A DNA stretch of 16,942 nt from NCBI GenBank assembly GCA_031409655.1, contig JANNXQ010000045.1:1-16942 (forward strand), written 5' to 3'. The translations under genes were made by a program, and so were the position numbers. The stretch comes from Chthoniobacteraceae bacterium. Its GTDB lineage: Bacteria > Verrucomicrobiota > Verrucomicrobiia > Chthoniobacterales > Chthoniobacteraceae. How positions within the stretch are numbered: position 1 is the first letter of the stretch; the number at the start of each line of letters is the position of its first letter. Below, piece after piece: positions 1-7,797 of this stretch. The notes below the pieces were generated by a model. That model was not told the DNA's origin. It made no database searches and saw only the letters and a list, made by a program, of their open reading frames with translations.

Positions 1-27
1 CTGAGGGTATGTGGGTGGGATGAATGA

Positions 28-295
28 GATCGACAGAGAGCGGAGTCGTGTGGCAGATGCCGATTGAGAGAACTGGAAAACCCACTCTTTCAGAAGGCGA
101 GCCGCCGAAAGCCCGTGCGCTGCAGTGGGGTTACTCCCCGTTTTCGCTGACTGGGCTTCGGATGAACTCTCGTGGAGCGGAGGACCAAGGACCCGGGGCC
201 TAACGAACGATAGGACCGCCCCGGGCCGCGGCCGCCGACTCCGGATGCCTGCTTGAGAACGGTTCACCGCCGCGCGGCTTCGCTTTCTGTCGATC
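28..295 (+). ncRNA. Putative IS110 bridge RNA (seekRNA-type guide RNA)
   Basis: 28-54 pairs with 269-295 as a contiguous 27-bp stem, and all 5 DNA-level mismatches are G-U pairs on the + strand. Internal hairpins lie at 65-92, 105-161 (large internal loop) and 192-225. Located in the non-coding end upstream of an IS110 recombinase. Confidence 0.75.
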
Positions 296-319
296 AACAT
301 AAACAACAGTCAAAACCCT

Positions 320-1537
320 ATGAACCATCCACCAGCAAAGCAATCCGCAAATGCCCCGCTCGCAGCGCCGCCGGCGCTCGGGCCGCAGGGGCGCGCCGTC
401 GGCCTCGATGTCCACCCGGACACCTTCGCCGCCGCCATCCTCGAAGGCCGCGAGCCACTGGGCGCGCGCGTGCGGCTCAATGTCACCCAGCAGCCGCTGG
501 CGGCCCTCGGCGCCTGGGCCGCCCGGCACACCACCGCGGAGGATGTCCTCATCCTCGAAGCCAGCGCCAACAGCTTCGCCATCGCCGAACGCCTGACCGC
601 GCTCGGTCGCCAGGTCTATATCCTGGAGAGCCACCGCGCGGGGCAGATCGGCAAAAGCTATCTGGCCAATGACAAGGTCGATGCCGTGAAGATCGCGCGC
701 ATCTACCTGAGCGGCCTGGGCATCAAAGTCTGGCAGCCCGACCCGGAGACCCGGCAGCGCCGTGAGTTACTCTCCACCTACCAGCGTTGCGTGAAAGACA
801 GCACCCGCGCCCAGCAGCACCTGCGCAGCTTCCTCAATGAACATACCCTGCGCCTGCCCAAAGGCTTTCGCCTCTGCCGGCCCGAAGCGGGCGCGAGACT
901 GGTGACCCTCAAGGACTGGACGCCGCGCCAGAAGCTGCTCCTGCAGGAAATGCACGGCAGCCTGCTCGCCGCCCGCGAGCGGCGCACCCGGCTGCGCCGG
1001 ATGATGGCCCTGGAGATCGAGGAGACCCCCGACTTCCTGCGCCTCTATAAGCTGGCCGGACTGAACCTGGTCACCACCTATGCGCTGGTCGCCATCATCG
1101 GCAACATCGCCCGCTTCGCCCACAGCAAGAACCTCGTCAGTTACCTCGGCCTCAACCCCAGCGTCGTCGAGAGCGGCAACTTCGAGGGCGGCGGCGCCTT
1201 GCACGGGCACGGCCGCGGCAGGCTGCGCGCCCTGCTCATCCAGGCCAGCAAACGGCTGCTGACCTGCGTGAACCCCCTGCAAAAGTGGGGCCTCAGCGTC
1301 GCCCTGCACCGCGGGACCAACAAAGCCGCCGTGGCCGTCGCCCGCAAGCTGACCGTGGCCGTCTGGCACGTCCTGCAAGGCCACTGGAACAAAGCCCTGG
1401 AGGAAAACAGCACACTCCTGACCAAGCTCAGCAAACTGGCCACCGACCTCGGTCTGCCGACCCTCAAGGAGCTGGGTTACGCGAGCAAGATCGCCTTCCA
1501 GGAGCAGAAGTTAGAGGTGCTGCGCACGCATCTTTGA
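320..1537 (+). CDS. IS110-family transposase/recombinase (RuvC-like DEDD domain plus C-terminal Tnp domain), 405 aa
   Basis: GLDVH, LILEAS and NDKVDAVKIA give the DEDD tetrad. SYLGLNPSVVESG carries the conserved serine motif. KAAVAVARKL is the typical C-terminal motif. Confidence 0.95.
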   Translation: MNHPPAKQSANAPLAAPPALGPQGRAVGLDVHPDTFAAAILEGREPLGARVRLNVTQQPLAALGAWAARHTTAEDVLILEASANSFAIAERLTALGRQVYILESHRAGQIGKSYLANDKVDAVKIARIYLSGLGIKVWQPDPETRQRRELLSTYQRCVKDSTRAQQHLRSFLNEHTLRLPKGFRLCRPEAGARLVTLKDWTPRQKLLLQEMHGSLLAARERRTRLRRMMALEIEETPDFLRLYKLAGLNLVTTYALVAIIGNIARFAHSKNLVSYLGLNPSVVESGNFEGGGALHGHGRGRLRALLIQASKRLLTCVNPLQKWGLSVALHRGTNKAAVAVARKLTVAVWHVLQGHWNKALEENSTLLTKLSKLATDLGLPTLKELGYASKIAFQEQKLEVLRTHL

Positions 1538-1598
1538 GGATGGGGAAACACGTTTCCCCAAACCCCTTCTCTAGGGGGAACAGCAGGTCCCATCCCTC
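1536..1598 (+). other. Hairpin cluster in the IS right end
   Basis: GGGGAAAC-ac-GTTTCCCC (1542-1559) and CCCCT-tctct-AGGGG; GGATGGG (1538-1544) can alternatively pair with CCCATCC (1589-1595). Confidence 0.5.
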
Positions 1599-1652
1599 TG
1601 TCGCCCCCGCAGAACCCACCAAAGAAAAAGACGATGACTTACAGATAACCTA

Positions 1653-1658
1653 TTGACT
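1653..1658 (+). promoter_or_regulatory. Outward-facing -35 box (TTGACT) at the IS110 right end, candidate half of a circle-junction promoter
   Basis: TTGACT lies 11 bp before the CT core. Joining it to the left end puts GTATGT/TATGTG (7-13) 17-18 bp downstream, a weak -10. Junction promoters are established for IS110 circles. Confidence 0.5.
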
Positions 1659-1669
1659 TAACCACATGC

Positions 1670-1688
1670 CTGCAGCGCGTGGTTAGGC
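1670..1688 (-). other. Integron attC left half (R'' plus L''), interrupted by the IS110
   Basis: Four bp after the stop codon of the minus-strand gene the sequence reads GCCTAAC (RYYYAAC, R''), 5-bp spacer CACGC, then GCTGCAG (L''-like), then IS sequence. Confidence 0.75.
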
Positions 1689-1692
1689 GACT

Positions 1693-2241
1693 TCATTTGT
1701 AACTTGGATCTCCATAGCGAAGTTCGTTGAAAGAGTAGGATGCGTCGTAATGACCTGTAAGTGGCTCGAAGCGTCCGTCGGCTCGGCGTTTGAGGAAGGC
1801 GAGCCACTTCGGTTGATACTTAACGTGCTCGACCTCTCCGGTGGGCTTGCCGTCTTTCAGTTCGCGCTTCTCGTAGGTGATGAATCCGATTGGGAATCGT
1901 ATGAAGCTGGCTCCGTTGTTGATTCCGTTCACGCGCTTGGAGTATGTGAAGTGTAGGATCGACAGTTCCTTGGGCGTGTCCCCAGTCGTCTTGAATACGG
2001 AGTGAACCTTGAAGCTGGTATTCGTGGCGTCGAAGTCGGCCTGCGGGTGGCCATAAGTGTTGCCGGGGAACTCATCTTTTGCCGGTTGGTTCTCGATTGC
2101 TTCGAGGACCACGACGATGTCGGCTTCGGCAAGGAGCTTGTCGTATGGCCAAAGCGGCACCAAACGACCGAAGGCGGAAGTGCCCGCGACGATGGCAACG
2201 AGCAGAATCGCGAGAGAGCGGCTAGAAAAAGGCTGGTTCAT
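1693..2241 (-). CDS. Hypothetical secreted protein, 182 aa, probable integron gene cassette
   Basis: ATG at 2241 gives MNQPFSSRSLAILLVAIVAGTSAFG, a signal-peptide-like N-terminus. GC is lower than in the flanks, the leader is very short and an attC R'' follows directly. The ORF-track extension to 2382 is intron RNA. Confidence 0.8.
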   Translation of the reverse strand: MNQPFSSRSLAILLVAIVAGTSAFGRLVPLWPYDKLLAEADIVVVLEAIENQPAKDEFPGNTYGHPQADFDATNTSFKVHSVFKTTGDTPKELSILHFTYSKRVNGINNGASFIRFPIGFITYEKRELKDGKPTGEVEHVKYQPKWLAFLKRRADGRFEPLTGHYDASYSFNELRYGDPSYK

Positions 2242-2263
2242 AGGAGAGACGCGCAAAGTCACA

Positions 2264-2704
2264 GTAGAGTAGGCGAGAAGCGATTGCGGGGGCAAGCTCT
2301 TCGCTGGCGCTGCCGTTTTCGCTGCCGACCCCTCATCAAACCGTGCAGGCGGTTTTCCCGCACACGGCTTTCCGAGTTCCATTCATGCGCTTGGCCTTTG
2401 GCTTTCATGCAGCGGTCCACGCCGCACTGCGCGGCGGGGTCCAGAGTCCGTAGTGGGTTTCGAGTTGCTCGTTCGGGTAGTGTTTGTGGAGGCCGCCGCG
2501 GCAACCGTGTTTGCGCCACAACCAGCGGCGCAGGCGGTTGCAGGTCCAGTAACGCTGCCGGCTCATCACCGCGGCACTGTTGCCGTAATGGAAGTAACCG
2601 CTCCAGCCCCGGACCACGGCATTGACCTCGCGCACCACCTCCGCAATGGCTCGCCATTGGGTGTGGTGGTTGAGGATGTGGCTCACTTTCCCGCGCAGCG
2701 ATCG
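2264..2704 (-). mobile_element. Group II intron, 3' fragment (end of the intron-encoded ORF, domain V, domain VI, 3' splice site)
   Basis: Domain V AAGCCGTGTGCGGGAAAACCGCCTGCACGGTTT (about 2370-2338, AGC triad) followed by GATGAGGGG; typical 3' end CCTACTCTAC ending at 2264. Confidence 0.9.
2405..2704 (-). pseudogene. C-terminal maturase (X/thumb) fragment of a group II intron reverse transcriptase; RT core missing, no endonuclease domain
   Basis: EVNAVVRGWSGYFHYGNS...RLRRWLWRKH is the maturase X-domain signature, and the stop lies just upstream of domain V. Confidence 0.88.
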
Positions 2705-2713
2705 TCCCCGAGT

Positions 2714-2792
2714 GGGGTCAACTCTTGAAACTTGAATACACCCTTCATCCCCTGCACAACTTCCAGCGTGTCATGTTTCAAGCGTTGACCCC
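2714..2792. repeat. REP-like inverted repeat with 22-bp arms
   Basis: GGGGTCAACTCTTGAAACTTGA (2714-2735) versus the reverse complement of 2771-2792, GGGGTCAACGCTTGAAACATGA: 20/22 identical. Confidence 0.85.
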
Positions 2793-3392
2793 GTTCCCCC
2801 CGAGGATCTGACGTTTGCCATCGGGGCCGATGCCCACGGCGATGAGCACAGCGCAGTCGAGCACGCGGCCGCCGTGGCGGATTTTTTCGTAGCGGGCATC
2901 GAGGAGGACGTAGGGGAAGGCACCGAGCGGGCGGGTGCGCCAGAGGAGCAGATCGGCGTCGAGGCGGGCGGCGCACTGGCTGACCTGAGTGGAACTTACG
3001 GAGGTGCCGCAAAGCTCTTCGAGGATGGTGGTGACTTTGCGAGTGGAGACGCCCTGGACATACATTTCGGCAAGCGCGAGGATCAGCGCCTGCTCGCTGC
3101 GGATGCCCTTCTCGAGGGCCGAAGGATAGAACTCGACCTCGCCGCGCACCTGCGGGATGGCGAAGGTGATGGGGCCAAGGCGGGTCTTGAGGGTCTTGGC
3201 TTTGAAGCCGTTGGCGTGGCCCAGGCGGGCGTCGGTGCGCTCGAAAGGCCGGGCTCTGAGCACGTGGGAACGCTCGGCCTGCATGGCCTCGTTGACGAGC
3301 AAGCGAAGCCCCTCGGCAAAGCCGTCGGAGCCTTCGTCATTGAGGAGTTGCAGCACGGATTGGAGGAGTTGAGGATGATGGAGGTGGGTCAT
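2778..3392 (-). pseudogene. IS256-family (Mutator-like) transposase, 3'-truncated at about 2799
   Basis: ERT..R.G.ANG...TLKTRLG.I...IPQVR, LAEMYVQGVSTRKV, YVLLDARYEK and LIAVGI..DGKRQILG are IS256 motifs. Similarity ends at about half the normal length. Confidence 0.92.
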
Positions 3393-3460
3393 GTGTGGTG
3401 TTGGTGTTGGTGTTTTCGAGACACCCCGACCTGAACCCATGTGACCCACCCTCTGCCAGA

Positions 3461-3564
3461 CTGGCTTCGCGTCGCAGCTCCCCTGCGGGAGCGGCTGCGC
3501 TCGGCTCGCTACGCTCGCCTTCGCTCCGCCGCTCCCGCAGGGGAGCTGGGCATCGCGAAGCCAG
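3461..3564. repeat. Long GC-rich hairpin within the IS256 leader
   Basis: Perfect 21-bp stem 3475-3495/3528-3548 plus outer 11-bp stem 3461-3471/3554-3564. Confidence 0.85.
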
Positions 3565-3567
3565 CGC

Positions 3568-3596
3568 AATCTACAGAAAGACTTTTACACCCCCTC
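3568..3596 (-). mobile_element. IS256 left terminal inverted repeat
   Basis: Minus strand GAGGGGGTGTAAAAGTCTTTCTGTAGATT resembles IS256-family ends and lies about 200 bp upstream of the transposase start. Confidence 0.65.
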
Positions 3597-3923
3597 ATAA
3601 AGAAATTTCATCGACCGGCTAGATGGTGTATTTTTCGCTCCGCATTGCAACCGCAAAATATACTCGCACACACACCGCGAGAGGTCCGGGGCACCCGGGC
3701 ACCTGGCGACCGTCGGGTTCGCCTGAAGTCGACCGCCGATTGTCAAAGTGCAATATTTGCTCGTGACCTCTGGCCGGCAAACGCAGAAATCGTGGAATGT
3801 TTGTGAACATTCGCAGTATCGTTGTCGGAGTAATCGCTGTCAGCGCGTGCTTTACGAACCCAAATCGGTCAGCGCACGTCGTTGCAATGGAGAAAAAGAG
3901 GCACGAACTTAGCGCAGGGGGAT

Positions 3924-4018
3924 GATTTGCCGGTGCCGCCCGTGCCTGCGGTCGCCGCGTGAAGTTCAAGCTCGACGAGAACCTGCCGGAATCACTGGCC
4001 GCTGAACTTTCTGTGCAG
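3924..4018 (+). pseudogene. Remnant of a second DUF433/DUF5615 gene junction, inverted relative to the intact pair
   Basis: ...PPVPAVAA* overlaps GTG-KFKLDENLPESLAAEL at 3959; compare ...PTPAGVAA* / MKFKFDENLPSDL in the intact pair. Confidence 0.65.
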
Positions 4019-4848
<830 letters not shown>

Positions 4849-4925
4849 AAGGCAGCGCTCGGTGCCGTCAGAGGATCGGCGTTTCCGGCAGGGGGCACCA
4901 GGGTCAGCTCCAGAAAATCGCTGTT

Positions 4926-5102
4926 TCACTTGGCGGGCTGGTCGGAGCGGGCGCGCAACTCGGCTTGCCGCTGGCGTGCCACCTCCCCCAAGCGCTCGTA
5001 ATGCGTAACCAACTGCTCAGGCGTGAGGTCTTTGGTCTGCTCGTAGATGCGGGCTTGGGCGCGGCGCTTCGTTTTCACGCATTCGTATTCTTCAAGTTTC
5101 AT
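4926..5102 (-). CDS. Small hypothetical protein, 58 aa, putative antitoxin partner of the PIN protein (not in the ORF track)
   Basis: MKLEEYECVKTKRRAQARIYEQTKDLTPEQLVTHYERLGEVARQRQAELRARSDQPAK*; start overlaps the PIN gene end by 11 bp. Confidence 0.75.
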   Translation of the reverse strand: MKLEEYECVKTKRRAQARIYEQTKDLTPEQLVTHYERLGEVARQRQAELRARSDQPAK

Positions 5103-5550
5103 AGGCGATGACCTCGGCGGGGGTGTTGATGCTGATGGTGTCGAAACCGTTGATCAGGTTGACGCCATTATACAGCGGGATTTTGTCGAAGTGAACGATG
5201 TGTCTGAAATTCCAACTGACGATGCAGCGGCAGTGCTGCGCGCTGGCGAGGGCGACGTGCAGGGCGTCGGTGGCCCATTTCGGCGTGACCACGCCGGCTT
5301 GCAGGTAGGCATCGCGCAGGCGCACGGCTTCGACAGAGACGCTGATGAATTCCGCCCACGGCAAATGTTCCTCATAGACCAGGCGGACGCGCTCCGGCGC
5401 GTCCTGCAGTTCATCGACGACCACGGGGGAGACGACCAACTGGAAGCGTCCGGCTTTGACCTGGAAGAAAAACTCCTGGCTCGTCGCGTCGATCCCCGGA
5501 TCGAAGACGCCGCCGTACACGGAGGTGTCGGCATAAACGCGGATGGGCAT
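5092..5550 (-). CDS. PIN-domain protein (VapC-like toxin), 152 aa
   Basis: RVYADTSVYGG, S.VV.DEL, DALHVALA and IVSWNFRHIV motifs; start at ATG 5550. Confidence 0.9.
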   Translation of the reverse strand: MPIRVYADTSVYGGVFDPGIDATSQEFFFQVKAGRFQLVVSPVVVDELQDAPERVRLVYEEHLPWAEFISVSVEAVRLRDAYLQAGVVTPKWATDALHVALASAQHCRCIVSWNFRHIVHFDKIPLYNGVNLINGFDTISINTPAEVIAYET

Positions 5551-5557
5551 GGGAGCG

Positions 5558-5586
5558 ATGATACTGGTACGCGCTGCGCGAAGCAA
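5558..5586 (-). promoter_or_regulatory. Sigma70-type promoter for the PIN operon, probably giving a leaderless mRNA
   Basis: TTGCTT, 17 bp, TATCAT, then 7 nt to the ATG. Confidence 0.55.
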
Positions 5587-5632
5587 CGCGCCTCAGCGGG
5601 CTACGTCCGGTCGCTTCTGCTTCCAAAGTGAC

Positions 5633-7660
5633 TCACCACTGGAAGCCCAGCGCATCGAGGCGGGCCTGGCGGTCGGGCAGGAGCGTGCCTTTGCGGCGGG
5701 CTCGGCGTTGGCCGGAGACCCATTCGGCGAGGACCCTTAGACCGGGGGCGTCGCAGTTAGGGCGGCAGTGGCCGTGGGTGGCTTGGAACTCCACTAACTC
5801 GGCGTAGCGCTCTTCCCACACGGCGGCGTTTCTCGCGGAGAGGCGGCGGTCGCCCGTCCAGGAGAAGCCGATGTCGTCGAGGCGGGCAATGCGTTCGGCG
5901 CTCACCTTGCCGCGCGCTCTGAGGCCGCGCTGATTGTGCGCCCAGTCGGATAGTGCCGGGTCTTCGGGAAGCGGGCGCGGGATGACGCAGTGCCCGAAGC
6001 GTTCGCGGAACTGCGCGCATTGCTCGAGGCGTTGCTGCCAGCGGGCTTCGAGCTCGGGGCTGGGTTCGGTGCGCACGTTCTTCCATACGGTCATGTCCCA
6101 AGGGAAACCGACGGCCTCGAGGCGGGCTTCCCGTTCGGGCCGGAGCTTGCCGGTGCGGTGCAGCACCCGCTGGGTCTCGGCCCACCGATAGAGGAAGAGC
6201 TCCCGCCGTGCGGAGAGACGGAAGGTTCCGTGCTGCTCCTGCCATTGCATCAGCTGGGTGAAGTTCGCATCCCAATCCGCATCCCACTCGGCATTGAGGG
6301 CCTCCTCGCCGTCCCAGGAAAAGGCGATCTCCTCCAGGCGGGCCACGCGCTCGGCGGAGAGGCGGGCGCTGGCGTAGAGGATGCGCTGACTCGCGACCCA
6401 CGGCCCCAGGCCCGGCTCCTCCTGCCAAGTGCCGGGCACGCGGCAATGGCCGAACCGTTCGCGGAAGGCGAGCAGCCGCTCGAAATGCTGATCCCAGCGC
6501 TGGCGCTCGCTGCGGTAGGGATCGGCCGGGCCGAGCCCGAGGGCGGCGAGGCGCTCGCACCGGTGCGGCCGCAGGTGTCCGGCGCGCCACGTGTCGCGCT
6601 GCGCTTTCACCCAGCGGCGCAGCGGCACGCACTGAGCGGGATGGTCCGGCACATCGCAGTGCCCATGCGCCGCGTGGAATTCGGCCAATTGCGAAAACTT
6701 TTTCATCCAGCGCGCTTCGTGGATCGCCGCCGCCGGGCGCGGATCGCTCCAGACAAAGCCAAGGGCCTCGAGACGCGCCTGCCGCTCGCGAGTGAGCCGG
6801 CTCTCCTTCTTCATCTTGCGCTGGCGGCACACCCAGGCCGCGAAGCGCCGATCCTCCGTCCAGTGGGCGGGCACGCGCACGTGGCCGAAGCGCTCGCGGA
6901 AGTGCAGCAGTTTCTGAAAGCGGCGCTCCCAGCGGTCCGCTTCGTGCCCATCCCAGTCGGGATTGTGGCACCGCGCCCCGCGCGCATTCCACACGAACCC
7001 CGCCTCGTCCAGCCGCCGCGCGAGCTCGGGGTCGAGCGAATGGTGCCGGCGCGCCTTGCGCTGCGTCCGCACCCACCTGCCCAGCTTCAGATTTTCCCGC
7101 CAGGCATTCGGCACCAGGCTATGGCCATAGGCCCGCTGAAAGGCCAGGAGCTGCGCATAACGTTCGTCCCACGTGAGCTCCCTCGTCGCCGGCTCGGGAT
7201 CGCGCGCGGCGGCGAGGTGGCGGGGCTCCCAGCAAAAGTTGATCTTTTCGAGCTGGCTGGCGCGCCTTTTCGCGAGGCGGCCCGCGCGGCGCAGGGCCCG
7301 CTGGAAGCGCACCCAGCCGGCCAGCGCCTGATCCTCCGGCCAGCGCACCGGCACCAGGCAATCGCCGTGGATGCGTTCGTAGGCGGCGAGGCGTTCGAAC
7401 ATTTCATCCCAATCCTCCTGCTGCCGATCGCAGTCGAAGCCGATCTCCGCGAGTTGCGCCCGGCGTTGCTTTTCCAGCAGGCCCGCTGCGGAGAGCCGCC
7501 GCTGCCGCACCACCCAGCGGCTCAGCGGTACGCCGCGCCCACCACCCGCGGGCACCTGGCAATGGCCGTGCGCCCGACGGAACTCCTGCAATTGGCGGAA
7601 CTGCCTCTCCCAGATCATCAGGTAGGAGAGCCCGGGGCCGGTGCGGATCGTCTCGGTCAT
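5633..7660 (-). CDS. Protein composed of 9 tandem helicase-associated (HA, PF03457-like) domains with no helicase domain, about 675 aa
   Basis: Nine copies of W...F..L..F....GHC.VP......L..WV..QR......L...R...L...GF.W. The start is uncertain (7660 preferred; the frame is open to 7795). Confidence 0.9.
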   Translation of the reverse strand: MTETIRTGPGLSYLMIWERQFRQLQEFRRAHGHCQVPAGGGRGVPLSRWVVRQRRLSAAGLLEKQRRAQLAEIGFDCDRQQEDWDEMFERLAAYERIHGDCLVPVRWPEDQALAGWVRFQRALRRAGRLAKRRASQLEKINFCWEPRHLAAARDPEPATRELTWDERYAQLLAFQRAYGHSLVPNAWRENLKLGRWVRTQRKARRHHSLDPELARRLDEAGFVWNARGARCHNPDWDGHEADRWERRFQKLLHFRERFGHVRVPAHWTEDRRFAAWVCRQRKMKKESRLTRERQARLEALGFVWSDPRPAAAIHEARWMKKFSQLAEFHAAHGHCDVPDHPAQCVPLRRWVKAQRDTWRAGHLRPHRCERLAALGLGPADPYRSERQRWDQHFERLLAFRERFGHCRVPGTWQEEPGLGPWVASQRILYASARLSAERVARLEEIAFSWDGEEALNAEWDADWDANFTQLMQWQEQHGTFRLSARRELFLYRWAETQRVLHRTGKLRPEREARLEAVGFPWDMTVWKNVRTEPSPELEARWQQRLEQCAQFRERFGHCVIPRPLPEDPALSDWAHNQRGLRARGKVSAERIARLDDIGFSWTGDRRLSARNAAVWEERYAELVEFQATHGHCRPNCDAPGLRVLAEWVSGQRRARRKGTLLPDRQARLDALGFQW

Positions 7661-7797
7661 ATGGTCTCGAAGGGGAATAGGTGGTTGCGTGGTGAAAGTC
7701 TGGTTGGTGACTTTCGCAAACGAGCAATTGCAGGATCCGTGCCAAAGGATGCTCTCCCTCCCTCGTTTTGCGTGCCAGCTTGGGAGAATTCGCATCT

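Larger units (their letters stand above)
1..1671 (+). mobile_element. IS110-family insertion sequence, apparently complete; putative CT core at 1-2 and 1670-1671
   Basis: Contains an IS110 recombinase CDS and a long structured 5' non-coding end. CTG occurs at both 1-3 and 1670-1672. Sub-terminal inverted repeat GGTATGTGG (6-14) / CCACATGCC (1662-1670) matches 8/9. attC sequence resumes immediately after 1671. The left flank lies outside the window. Confidence 0.8.

Noticed and set aside
2242..2382. N-terminal extension of the 229-aa ORF (MELGKPCAGKPPARFDEG...)
   Set aside because: This is a translation of intron domains V/VI; the real gene likely starts at 2241.
3393..3569. N-terminal extension of the IS256 ORF; likewise 4615-4806 for DUF433 and 9583-9717 for DUF362
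   Set aside because: These run through hairpins or repeats and lie outside the family homology; downstream ATGs fit better.
3795..3812. Verrucomicrobial LexA box
   Set aside because: The spacing is 2 bp shorter than TGTTC-N4-GAACA.
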